Below, in pieces: positions 1 to 11,684 of a DNA stretch of 64,000 nt. The notes beneath the pieces are model-generated. The model worked only from the letters and a program-made list of their open reading frames with translations, searched no databases and was not told the DNA's origin. Source of the stretch: Amoebidium appalachense (Eukaryota; Protista; Ichthyosporea); the NCBI GenBank assembly GCA_963693365.1, contig CAVNZM010000003.1, forward strand, positions 841,506 through 905,505. The letters run 5' to 3'. Both the position numbers and the translations under genes were made by a program. Positions within the stretch are counted from its first letter, which is position 1, and every line of letters starts with the position of its first letter.

Positions 1-169
1 AAGAGGTATTGATGTGGAAGGGAAAAAGTCACATACTATCTCCCGCAAATTTTTCACGAGAAAAGCCACCGTGAAGGAATAATCCTGGTAAACTCGGTTG
101 TACTATGATGGGCATGAGCATCGGATCCGGAGTCGAAGTGAGCAAGAGGTTGGATGGAAATGACGAAGA

Positions 170-667
170 TCAGTGCACGGAGAAACTTGTCTCACAGCTC
201 TTACAGAAAATTAACCACTTCCGGACAGCCTTGTATGACTGAAAAACAAAATAGCTCAAGACAAGAGCCAACCGCAAACTTTAGAAAAGAGGGACGGAGG
301 GAGGGGAGATCTAGGGCGACTCACAGAAAGGACGAAAAAAAAAGAAAAGGAAAAAAAAAGGTTGCCCGGACAGAGATTCGAACTCCGGTTACTACGGCCA
401 CAACGTAGGGTCCTAACCACTAGACGATCCGAGCTATTAACTTTACATGCTCATTAATTTTCATAAATCCTACAACACCACCATCATCAACACTTACCGC
501 TATTTCATCGGCGGTTTTCAGCGCGCAACGGAACGCGGCGAACTGGTGGGGGTGTACGCTCACGGCGGTGTTGTGTGTAAGCTCAAAGGGGTCCTGCACA
601 CACAGCGGACTGCGCAACTGCATCACGTGTACGTGTTGATAAACAATCATACCGTTCGGGTTACCCC

Positions 668-700
<33 letters not shown>

Positions 701-776
701 TTCCCGTCCCCCCCCTCCTCCTCCTGCCGGAGGATATGTCCAGATAGTGTTTGTGTGTATGCATGCATGTGTGTGT

Positions 777-860
<84 letters not shown>

Positions 861-1651
861 TTTTGGGGGGGGGGGGGGGGGGGGGGGTGGAGTCCTGGCT
901 GAGGAATATACAGAGGAAAGCCCCGGAGAGGGGGGAGGGGGGAGGGGGGGGGGGGGGGAATGATGTATGTGCTAGAGGGTTGGAAATATGGAGGAGACAA
1001 GAAAGAGGAACAACAAAACGTAACAAACGTGGGAAATCCAAAATCCAACAATTAAGTGTGCAGGCAGGAAACACTTGAACAGAGCCCATCATCAGGGGGG
1101 TTCCTATGCCTCCACAAAAGCATGGGTTTCGACTCTTTAACCTCTCGCGCGTGGTTCCCAGCCCATACTTTGTTTCAACAGCAATAGGCGAGTCCACCCG
1201 TCTTGGCCAAAAACGAGCAGGGTTGTTCAAGGAGCAGCAATCTAAGAAAACAGAGTCTACAAAAACTGCAAGCAGCAAAAGCCAAAGAAAACAAGCAGAG
1301 AAGTAGAGCATAGGAGCGAAGGGGAGAACATAGACGGGGAAGATATCTTAGGTACTCAAAGGCTCGATTGGCCAACAGTTCAATTTTTCCAAGATAGGTT
1401 GGGGAGAAAACATGGGAACCACACTCGAATCATTCATTACGGCCAATAACCCGAACTTGTTTTATCCGGCCGTGCTTTTCATCTTCTTAGAACCCCCCCC
1501 CCCCCTTTTTTTTTTCGGTAATCAATTGCTGCCGCATTCAGCATATCGGCAGCAAGAGGAGCAAATAAGGTGCCACAAAAGAGACATATGGGTGTGATAG
1601 GGTGTGGCATGTGGGGGTGAGGGGGAGGAGAAGGAAGGGGGGGGGGGGGGG

Positions 1652-1686
<35 letters not shown>

Positions 1687-3392
1687 GGGGAGAGAGAGAG
1701 TTGTGTGTGTGAAAGAGAGAGAGAGAGAGAGAGAGCTCAAGACAGTAAAAGTAGAGAAAGAAGAGGGGGGGGGGGGGGGGGGGGGGGATGAGCCTACCTT
1801 CATCTTGCCAGGGATATCCATAGTTCCAAGATTTGCAGGGTTCTGTGCAGGCTGGTAGGGCACATAGTAGTCTGCAGTATGCGTACCCGGGTTGATGTGC
1901 ACATAGGTGGTGTAGTCGAACTCACTGTTGTAGAAGTGAAAGAACCCACGTAGAATATCACCTGGCCCTACGACCTGCATGGGATAAATTAGGAACAGAC
2001 GACTTCCATTTTTCCCTCCATTTTTTTTTTTTCGCGGCGGCGGCGGCGGGGGGGAGGGGGGGGGGGGGGGGGGGGGGGGGCGGGGCAGGGCAGAAACATA
2101 AGTGGACGAGGGAGCGGGAAAAAAAAAAAAAAAAAAAAAGGAGAATTAAAATAGACGGCCCACGACACCGAACCAAGCACATCATTCCAAAGGAGTAGGG
2201 GTGGGTGTGTGGGTGGGTGGGTGAGTGGGTGTGTCTGTGTGTGTGGGGGGGGGGGGGAAGGGGAGGGGGGGGATATGGAAGAGTAGAGGGGGGAAGGGGG
2301 GGGGGGGGGGGGAGGGGAGGATGTGAAGAGTAGAGGAGGGGAGGGGGGTAGGGGGGGGTTTGGGGTGAGGGGGAGAGGGGGGGGGGGGGGGAGGAGGAAA
2401 TATGAAGAGTAGAGGTGGGCAGGGGGGATGAATTAAAAACCTGAGCAGCTGAAAGAGCAGGGGAAGATGTGAAGTAGCAGTCCCAGCCATCTACCGTGCA
2501 CTCCCCAGGTTTGAGCAGCCAATCAATGTCGAGAACAGATACATCCTCATATTTGATTGGTGCAGCGGTATCAGGCGTGGATGTTGATTGGCCTGTGTTG
2601 GGCTCCTGCTTGCCAAATATGATTATCTCAGTAGCGTTAAGTAACGGTTAAAAGGGTTTCGGTATACCGCTTTGTCTAAAGAGAGTTTATGTCTGTTTTT
2701 ATGCTCCCTACTTTTGACCAAATCGGAAGAAGAGTTGGGAAGGTCTGGGTATGCGTGTATGTGGTGCTAGGAAAGCCATGCACAGTTACCCGAGGTGGAC
2801 AGGGGCCGGCGGATGCGTTGGGAGAAGAGGGAGGGGGGGGAAGGGGCGGAGGGGGGACAGTATGCAACATAAGTAGATCCCATTCAGGGAGAAAGCGGGG
2901 GGGGGGGGGGGGGGAGGGGGAGGGTAGAGAGAGAGAGGGGGGGGGGGGGGAGGGGGGAGGGGGGGGGGGAGGGAAGGGGAGGGGGTGAATGCTGAACACG
3001 ATACGAAGTGCAACAGAGTCAACAGCACGATTCATTCGATGTGGTGCAGGACACATGTAAAAGAAAACATAGAAGTATGCAACATCAGAAACGGTAGTAT
3101 GCAACATAATGTGGGGGGGGCCCCCCGATGGATGGAGAGATGGGGGATTGAAACAATTTATAGAGTACAACGTACACATCCATAACGGATATTTACACAA
3201 TGTAAACAGCAAACCACACAAAGAAAATGCATAATAAACCGAGCCCATCTTCAGGGGGGGCCAGAGCCATCTAATTACCATACATTCACTTCGTCGACGA
3301 AAGCCAACGAACAACCAACAACCAACAACAGTATCTGCTTCACTTGAACATGGTTGGGGTGGTCGGGTGGGGGAAGTAGTGGTGGTGGTGGT

Positions 3393-3459
<67 letters not shown>

Positions 3460-3703
3460 GGGACTTACAGTGCGCATCTGCAAGTTATGCAACCATCCCC
3501 TGTGAATCATGTAGTGGATAGCCATGAGGGAAAGACAGTAGCTGGTGGGTGCCGGAAGGTGCTGGTAGGTGCGCCATGCCTTGAGTGCAACTAGCACCGG
3601 CCCAAGAGAGGCGTGGCTGTGGAGGTACGTGTGCACGAGCGCTGTGTTGCGAAGGGCTAGCCTGTGTGTGTTAAGAGGGGGGGGGGAGTGGGTTGGGTGG
3701 GTG

Positions 3704-3734
<31 letters not shown>

Positions 3735-3891
3735 GGGGGAGGGCGTGGGGGAAGAGAGAGGGGGGGGGGGGTGAGAGGAGGGTTGTGTGTGAGGGAGGGA
3801 GGAAGGGTGGGTGGGTGGGTGAGTGGGGGGGGCGGGGGAGCGGTATGGGTGGGTAGTGTGTATGTGTGGGGGGAGGGGGGGGAGGGGTGGG

Positions 3892-3972
<81 letters not shown>

Positions 3973-3973
3973 T

Positions 3974-4024
<51 letters not shown>

Positions 4025-4827
4025 GGGGGGAGGCGGAGGGGGATAAGTGTATGTTTGTGTGGCGGGCGAGGGGGTGACGTATGGTTGTTTGTGGGTGTTT
4101 GTTTGGGGGGGGGGGGGGGGGGGGGGGGGAGGGGGGGGAGTGTTGTGTGTGTACGTGTGTGTATGCGTGTGTGTTGCGTGGTTGGTTATAAAGTGAATAG
4201 GTGGGGAATGGATAGATAAGGTGGGGTAAATGGAAGGAAGACAGGTGATATGCCCTCGAAACTGGGCGGGGGAGGGGGGGGGGAGGGGGGGGGGAGGGGA
4301 GGGGGGGGGAGGGAGGGAGAGAGAGGGGGATACAGCGAAAAGGGGTTGTGATGTTTAGTGTACATTTAGGCGGAACAAGTAGACACTAGTGATAGACATG
4401 CGGGAATGTGGAAGGTGCTTGGGGAATACCAGAACAGCACCGAGGGAGGGGGTGGACGGGCAGATACACGTGTGTGCGTGTTTGTCCGTGTATGGGAACG
4501 TGTGTAGGGGCATGTGCGCTTCTCTCTCATTGAACGTGTAGGGCCAGGAAGGGGGTAGGAGGAGTGTGTGTGTGTGCGCGCGCACATTTGTGTGTGTGTG
4601 TGTGTGGGACGGGGGGGAGGAGAATGGGGGAGGGAGAGTTGGGGGAGGAATGTGTTTGTGTGTGTGTGTGTGTGTGTTGGGGAAGCGGTGGTGGTGGTGG
4701 TGGTGGTGGGGGGGGGGGGGGGGGATGTAAAACACTCAAATATACAACAGACACGAGATTTTTAAACACAAACCTTAAACACTCGCACAAAACACAACAA
4801 AGGCAGATCCCGTCCAAAAGGAAGGGA

Positions 4828-4860
<33 letters not shown>

Positions 4861-5951
4861 AAAATAATCAAACTATCATACCCAGGAAGCAGGGAGCAGG
4901 GGGCTTGAGGGCAGTCAAGGCAGGGGAGTGGGGGAAGGGGGGGAGGGGGGGGGGGGGGGGGTTTGAAGGAGGAGACGGGGGAGAGAGGGTGCAGGGATGG
5001 GGGGAAAGAGGGGGTGCGCAGGGGGAGGGGGGAGGGGGGTTGGAAGAGGAAGACGGGGAAGTGGGGAGACGGGGGGGAGGCGGAAAGGGAGGTTTTGAGA
5101 TACATACGTGTTGTTGACAGTCAGGTCTACGGGTACGTTTGCCTGTGGGTCTGCGAACTTGACCAATGGTATCTTTCCACGTGATATGGCCACTACGTCG
5201 TGGTAGCCCGCACGGGTTAGGTCGTGCGCTATAATACGTAGGAGGTCTTCAAGATTCTCACGGTCTAGGCGGTGCTGCGGGGGGAGGGGGGAGAGGAGGG
5301 AGCGGGGGAGAGTGGGGAGGGAGAGCGGAGGGAGGGAGGGATAGGGGGAGGGGGGAAGGGAGAGGGGGGAGGGGAGGGGGGGGGGAGCGGAAGGGGGGGG
5401 AGGGAGGAGGGAGGAATGTATGTGTTAAAGGGTTGGAAATATGGAGGAGACACCCAAGGACAAACTACAAGTGTCACACAAATGACAACCCCGAAATCAA
5501 ACAATTTAAGCATGCAGGCAGAGGGCACTTGAACAGAGCTAACGGGGTTGGTTTACTTTGGTGTGCTGTGGGGTTTTTTTTTTTTTTTTTAACATCCCTC
5601 TTCTACCCCCCCCCCCCCCCCCCCCCCTACACCCACACACGCACCACCACCACCACCACCCACCCATCCACCCCGTCTTTGTCTCTTCTTCACCTCCGTC
5701 TCTTCCTCCTCCTCCTCCTTCTTGTTTCCTTTTAATGGACGGGGAGGGGGGGGGAGGGGGGGGGGGGGGAGGGGGGGGACTAGGCAGTATGCATGGGTAT
5801 TCCTTTTGTACCATTCTGATCCTTTGGGGGTTCTTCTTCTTTTTTAGTCTCCCTCTCTGTCGCTCTCTCTCCCTCCCTCCCTTCCCCCCTCCCTCCCTTC
5901 CTCCCTGCCTCCCTCCCTCCCTGCCTCCCTCCCTCCCTCCCTCCCTCTCAG

Positions 5952-6003
<52 letters not shown>

Positions 6004-6392
6004 GAGAAGGGAGGGGAGGGGAGGGGGAGACGGGGGAGACGGGGGTGGGGGGAGGGGGGAGAGGATGGGTGGGCAGGTGGCGGCTGGTGGGAAGACTTTG
6101 ATTGTGGTGCGGAGGGGTGTGAATCGTAAAACCAACGGGAAAGAGGAAAGAAGAAAACGGGGACCCCCCCCCCCCCCCCCCCCCCCCCCTCCCCCCCCCC
6201 CCCCCAAAAAAAAGACAAAAAAAAAAAAAACAGGCATGGCTTGTGAAACCCCGCTCCCCTCCACAAGACGCAAATAACGAGCAACACCTACATACACCCA
6301 CACCCACACCCACACGCACACACACGCACACACACGCACACGCACACAAGCATACACACACACACACCCATCCACCCACCCACCCCCCCCCA

Positions 6393-6441
<49 letters not shown>

Positions 6442-8321
6442 TGCCCCCCACCCGCTACACACACACACCCCCACACACACCCACACACACACACGCACCC
6501 ATCCCCCTCCCTCCCCCCCCCCCACCCCACCCCCTACACACACACACACACACACACCCACACACCCACACACCTCTGTGACCATGCACAGGTCTATGTC
6601 GCTTGCACCCCCACCCAGCCCCGTAGCAGACGACCCATACAGCACCACGGCAATACGCCCACACTCGTCCCGAACCGATTCGGAAAGCAGTGATTCGACC
6701 CGTTTGCTCAAGTCATGCCTCTGTTTGTGCTGGTCGGGTGGAAGGCGGCTTGACTGCTCGAGTGTACGGAGTTGGTCGTCAAGGGTGGCCTGTGTGTGTG
6801 TGTGTGTGTGTGTGGTGGGCGGAAGGAGGGGGGAGGGGGGGAGTGGGGGGGTGGAGAAGGAGAGGGATATGGGGTGGGGGTGGTAGGAGGGAGCTGTGTT
6901 TGTGTGTGTGTGGTGGTGGCGGTGGTGATTGTTTTTCCTTTTTTTTGTTTTTTTTTGGGGAGGGGGGGGGAGGGAGGGGTGATGGTGGTGGTGGTGGTGG
7001 TGATGGGAGGAGGGAGGGGGCGAGGGGAGATGGGGGTTCTGTATGTGTGAGTGAGGGTTGAGTCTTTCTCCTTCTCTCTTTCTCTGTGTGTGTGCGTGGG
7101 TGCGTGGGTGCGTGCGTGCATGAGTGTTTGGGGTTGGTGTGCTTGCATGTACATGTCTACCTTCTTGCGTCTGCACCAAATACTTGTTTCCGAGTGCGTG
7201 CGTGTGTGCCGGGGGCAAGGTATGTATGTGTTTGAGCTTACGTATGCATGCTCATGCACACACACAGTGATAATATTATGTTTAGAAACCGAATTGAACA
7301 CCTGCCTGACCCTTACATCGGAGAACATAACAACGACCGAACAACACAATGAAAGCAGGAATATAACCTCACCCCCCGTGTCCCCTCTCCCCCCACCATT
7401 CAACATGCACGTAAACAAAGATTATTGCGAAAGTGAAGCAAACGAGAAGGGGAGGGGTAGGGTGGAGTGGGATGGCTTGGTGTGGTGTGTGGAGGGAGGG
7501 GGGAAGGGGTGAAGGCGAGGGCAGGTGAAGCCGGGCGGGGGAGGGGGAGGGGGGGGGGGGAGAGGAGGGGGGGGGGAGGGGGGGAGGGGGCGGGGGGAGG
7601 AGGGGGGGGGGGAGGAGGGGGGGGGGGGGGGGGTAGAGTCTGCACGTACTCCGTGGATGTTTTCGGGAACAGGGGGTGGCTCTGGTGTGTGCTGGGTGGT
7701 TCTGGTATCTTTTTCCTTGCCTGCGGGCATGCACGTGTGGGTGGTGGAAGAGAGAATGTTTTGCACATGTGGGTGCCATAGGGTGGAGGAAGGCAGGAGA
7801 TGTTTTCAAGAGTCCCGCTCAGAATCGAAACGAGGGGCTCTTCAAAATGGTCATGTCTGGGCTCGACTATGAAAAGCGAAAAGCTCCTTGGAGGTTTCTT
7901 CCTGAAAAAAGCAAGATTGGGGGGGAAAAAGGAAAAAAAGTTCTATATCGGTTGACTCGTGCGCCTAGGTCACCTTAAACAGATACTTGATTAACACTGT
8001 GTGTGTGTGTCTGCATGAGGCAACATCAGAATGAGAAAAAGGTTTTTTTTTTTTTTTTTTTTTTTGTTTGTTTGTTTGTTTGTTTTTTTTTTTTTTTTTT
8101 TTTTTGTTTGTTTGGGGGGGGGGGGGGGGGGGGGGGGAGGGGGGGGGAGAGGGAGAGAGAGTGAGAGAGAGTGAGAGAGGAGAGACACTGAGAGAAGGAA
8201 AATGAGAGAGAAGCACGGAAGAAGCACATATCCCCACATTGGGCATACGAACACATACACATACAAGGACACGCACACAACCCCCCTCCTCTTCCCTCCC
8301 CCCCCCCTCACACACACCCAC

Positions 8322-8356
<35 letters not shown>

Positions 8357-9027
8357 ACACCAAACAAACACCCCCTTCCTCCCACCCCACCCCCTCCCCC
8401 CTCTACCCAATCCCCTCTCCCTTTTTTCCCTCTCCTCCCCTCCCCCCCCCCCCCCCCCTCCCCCATCCACACACACACACACTACTCACGTGCTGTTCTC
8501 TCCTTGACCACCAGCCTCTTTCCATGCAGATAGGGGCAATCCTTCCTGTCCAGACTCAAGAGTTTGTCCACCAGCTCTCTCTCTGTGAACTCCACAATCG
8601 CATAGTTCTGTGCCCGTGTAGTTCCGACATCAATACAGGTTCTATGTTGGTATGTTGTAATGTTGCGTCCTTCAACATTCATGTGTTTTTTTTTTTTTTT
8701 CACTTGTTTATGACATTTTAAGAGCGTGTGTGATTGGCTTTGCGTATATCTTTATGGTGCTACACCCGCTTACGGAAATGGCGTGGTTGGCATAAATTTT
8801 TTTGCGACGAGTGTCGATATAGAAGACGAAAGTATTTCCCCTTGTCGTGTTCCATTGAATGATAAAAACAAAAAACGGAGGGTAGCCTAATGTGGGTGAC
8901 ATATCAACTAACGGACCCTCAAGCAGGGAGTTGATGGGTAATGGTTTATTATGTGGCATGCCACACGGCCATCTAGAAACACCGTGTTTCTAGATGGCCG
9001 TGGGCATGCCATTATCATCCGGGAGAA

Positions 9028-9093
<66 letters not shown>

Positions 9094-9852
9094 GGGAGGG
9101 CGTTTAGCATGTGGAGCCGGTTACCAAGTGCAACTACAAGACGAGGAGCCGGGTGCACTCGGCAACAGAAGGATGCAAAATGGGATGCAAAAGAAAATAA
9201 GACGTATGCAACGTCAGCAGCGTGTAATGTGCAACATAGGCAGAGCCCTCAGGGTGGCCAAGTCAATTAACTGCATCTGAGCTTCAACCGCTTAACCTCG
9301 AGAAGGAGGGGGGAAGAAGCGGGGGAGGGAGGGGAGGGGGGGGGGGGGGGGGAAGGGAGACGAGAAGAGAGAGTGAGAGAGGAAAGAAAGAGAGAGAGTG
9401 TGTGTGTGTGTTTGTGTGTGCGATAGGGGGAAAGAGGTGTGTGTGTGTGGGGGGGGGGGGGGGGGGGGAGGGAGAGAGAGAGGAGAGGGGGTGTAAAAAA
9501 TACCGCGGACCTTTTTCGTGTCAACCACAACGGTCTGCACGGTGCCGTATTTGCCAAACAGTTCCTTGACTTCCTCCTCTGTTGCTTTCTTGACGTTGAG
9601 CACAAACACGGACCGCATGTTTTTCTCTTCGTGCTTGTGTGCCACCTCTGCACGGTGGTGGCTTTTGCTGGAAACGTGTGCCTTTTCCCCTGCATCTGCG
9701 TTGATGTGGAGTGGGGGCGGTGGAAGGAGGAGGGGAGGAGGGGAGGAGGGACGGCGGCGGGCGGGCGGGGGGAGGGGGGGGGGGAGGAGCGGGGGAGGGG
9801 GGGGATGGGGGGGAAGGGGGGGGAAGGGAAGGGGGGATGAGGAAGGGGGGGA

Positions 9853-9934
<82 letters not shown>

Positions 9935-10109
9935 TCGATGGGGCGGGAGGGTGGGGTGGGTGGGGGGGGGGGGGGGGGGGGGGGGGGGGAGAAAGGGGAG
10001 GGTTGGGGGTTGATGGCGTTGATGCGTTCCAGTTGCATTTTGTCAGTGAAGAGCACACAGGTGACTGCATAGTGTTGTGGGCATGAATAACATACAAACA
10101 CAGATGTTT
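170..10109 (-). CDS. TUT1: U6 snRNA terminal uridylyltransferase / Star-PAP-like protein (matrin-type ZnF, RRM, Pol-beta nucleotidyltransferase, PAP-associated domain); multi-exon, start codon unresolved
   Basis: Phase-consistent exons: 10109-10059, 9695-9511, 8607-8490, 7720-7650, 6789-6574, 5274-5108, 3661-3469, 2766-2712, 2592-2495, 1974-1798, 617-498, 238-170 (TGA). Motifs: CYSC..AHVSSKSHH (ZnF); RSVFVLN..FGKYGTV..YAIVEF..LHGKRLVVKER (RRM); YGSSATGLG..SDIDL and VDLTVNN (three catalytic Asp); LRGFFHFY..EFDY and QDPFELTHN (PAP-associated domain with the UTP-selecting His). Domain order matches TUT1. No in-frame ATG lies directly upstream of 10109, so a further 5' exon is needed (candidate ATG at 10314). 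The small linker exons and the last exon are less certain. Confidence 0.85.
351..359 (-). terminator. RNA polymerase III oligo-T terminator of tRNA-His
   Basis: T9 run on the minus strand starting 3 nt after the tRNA 3' end. Confidence 0.8.
363..434 (-). tRNA. tRNA-His (anticodon GTG), intronic in TUT1
   Basis: Reverse complement GCTCGGATCGTCTAGTGGTTAGGACCCTACGTTGTGGCCGTAGTAACCGGAGTTCGAATCTCTGTCCGGGCA folds as a cloverleaf: acceptor stem GCTCGGA/TCCGGGC, D stem GTC/GAC, anticodon stem CTACG/CGTAG with loop TTGTGGC, T loop TTCGAAT, discriminator A. No encoded G-1 or CCA, as expected for a eukaryotic nuclear tRNA-His. Confidence 0.96.
961..1309 (-). mobile_element. Dispersed non-autonomous repeat, long copy 1 (TUT1 intron), abutting a poly-C/G tract
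   Basis: Aligns end to end with 45694-46044. The central ~200 bp (1072-1274) differs at about 4 positions. Contains minus-strand GAGTCGAAAC...CCCCTGATGATGGGCTC. Element class not established. Confidence 0.75.
3145..3262 (-). repeat. Related repeat subfamily carrying the CCCTGAAGATGGGCTC motif
   Basis: Plus-strand GAGCCCATCTTCAGGGGGGGCC at 3241-3262. The body resembles 56901-57010 and, inverted, 20425-20470. Confidence 0.55.
5416..5539 (-). repeat. Truncated copy of the 961-1309 repeat
   Basis: ATGTATGTGTTAAAGGGTTGGAAATATGGAGGAGACA...CACTTGAACAGAGC matches the G-run-proximal ~125 bp of the long copies. Confidence 0.75.
8955..9010. other. Near-perfect 56-nt palindrome/hairpin in a TUT1 intron
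   Basis: GGCATGCC-A-CACGGCCATCTAGAAACAC-C-GTGTTTCTAGATGGCCGTG-GGCATGCC: 19-bp perfect arms plus 8 bp after a single-nucleotide bulge. Confidence 0.9.
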
Positions 10110-11602
10110 CTGGTTGGGCCTCAATTTCCGTTTTTAAAGTCAAGATGCATAAGGGGACGGGAAGATGCAAAAGGGGACGGGAAGGTTGAGCATGAAAAGG
10201 AGCATGTTAACAGGGAAGGGTCACATATAAACGAGGAATTATAGAGGCTGAAGTCAGATTCTCAAAAGTAAAGCACAACAAATTTGCCTGAAAATCGGCG
10301 GCAGCAGGACTCATTATCGGGATATGTAAAAAAACACCACAATTTAGAGAGAAGAGAGTGGCCAACACTGATCCTCAGTCGTGCCCATGCTAATTCAGTT
10401 TTTTAATCCCAGTATCCAACCCAAACCGCAGAGACACGTTCCAGAAAGTTTTCCTTTTTTTTACAGGTTTCACAGGCGAGCAAGTTGACTCATCTACGAG
10501 ATCCACACTTCTTTCCCCTTTGGCTTCTTGCAAAGACACCCTCAAGCAGGGAGGCATTTACAGCATCATGTGTTACGAGAAGTCTTCAGCTAATTAGCGC
10601 ACTTAAAAATTCTACCATTAGGCACAATTTATTAAGTTTAAACCAACTTCGTCAACTGTTTCAAGAAACATAACTACATATAAAAAGCTAATGTTTTCTG
10701 GAACCCCACCTCCTTCTGGTATGTCCACCTTGCAGATCTCACAGAACCCCATCCTGTCGGGTAGACGACGATGTCGTAACTTTTTTTCGAGTGATCAGGA
10801 GTAAGTTAGGAAGAGTAACTAACAAACTTGTGGTGCCGTGCTTGAAAGAGAACTGCTGAATGCAGAAAAAAAAATTCTGCCTTGTAGACTCCCAGAGGCG
10901 TTAAAAAGGAGGGGGCTCGAAAAACAACTGTGGCCCGGGGGAGGATAATGAAAAATCGGGCAGCAACTGTTTGAGTGCACCCCTTATAACCGGCAGCCCT
11001 GTGAAAAGCGACGTGGAGTGCACCAAAATTACAGTACACCGTATGGTTTTCAAGAGCCACAGAAACTTGATACAAAAGTCTTCGCTGTAAGGTGCCAAAC
11101 GAAAATAAACATTACCAACTACAGAGGCCAATAAAAAAAAAAAGAGAGAGAAACAATCTTTGAAAAGTCCCTCGGAACTCACAAACGCGGAGAAGCATGT
11201 GCATAAGAAGGCACTGTAGAAAGTTGGTGTTTGGTTGTAAATTGCTTGTGATGTTCACCTTATGGAATTGCTTTTGACCTGTCAAGAAAACGAGCTTCTA
11301 AGCTTGCCCAAGGCTTGCTGCCTTCGGATTTTGGCGGCAAAACTCGGAAACGCGCGTTACCTTTTTTGGCAACTGGACTGACCTTGGATTGCCAAATAAG
11401 GCATACGCGCACTTTTCCCTATCTTTTGCGAAACGAAGGCTTGTACAAACTGAGTTTTCGACACAAGAATGCATTTTTATACACATTCAATATTCCTGCT
11501 TTTTTTTTTTTTAAAAAAAAAAAAAGGTTTTCCTACTTTTTCTTTGTTTTATGAAATACAGAATTGCGCGTTCAGCGTGTGTGTGTGTGCACTGTGCACG
11601 TG

Positions 11603-11684
<82 letters not shown>

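Noticed and set aside
420-497. TUT1 CDS ending inside the tRNA as the main gene model
   Set aside because: A consensus GTAAGT donor at 497 and an in-phase TTTTTCAG acceptor at 239 favour splicing; kept only as a possible retained-intron isoform.
1124-1136. tRNA-derived SINE B box (GGTTTCGACTC) in the dispersed repeat
   Set aside because: It has an extra T relative to GTTCRANNC, and there is no A box or cloverleaf at the expected distance.
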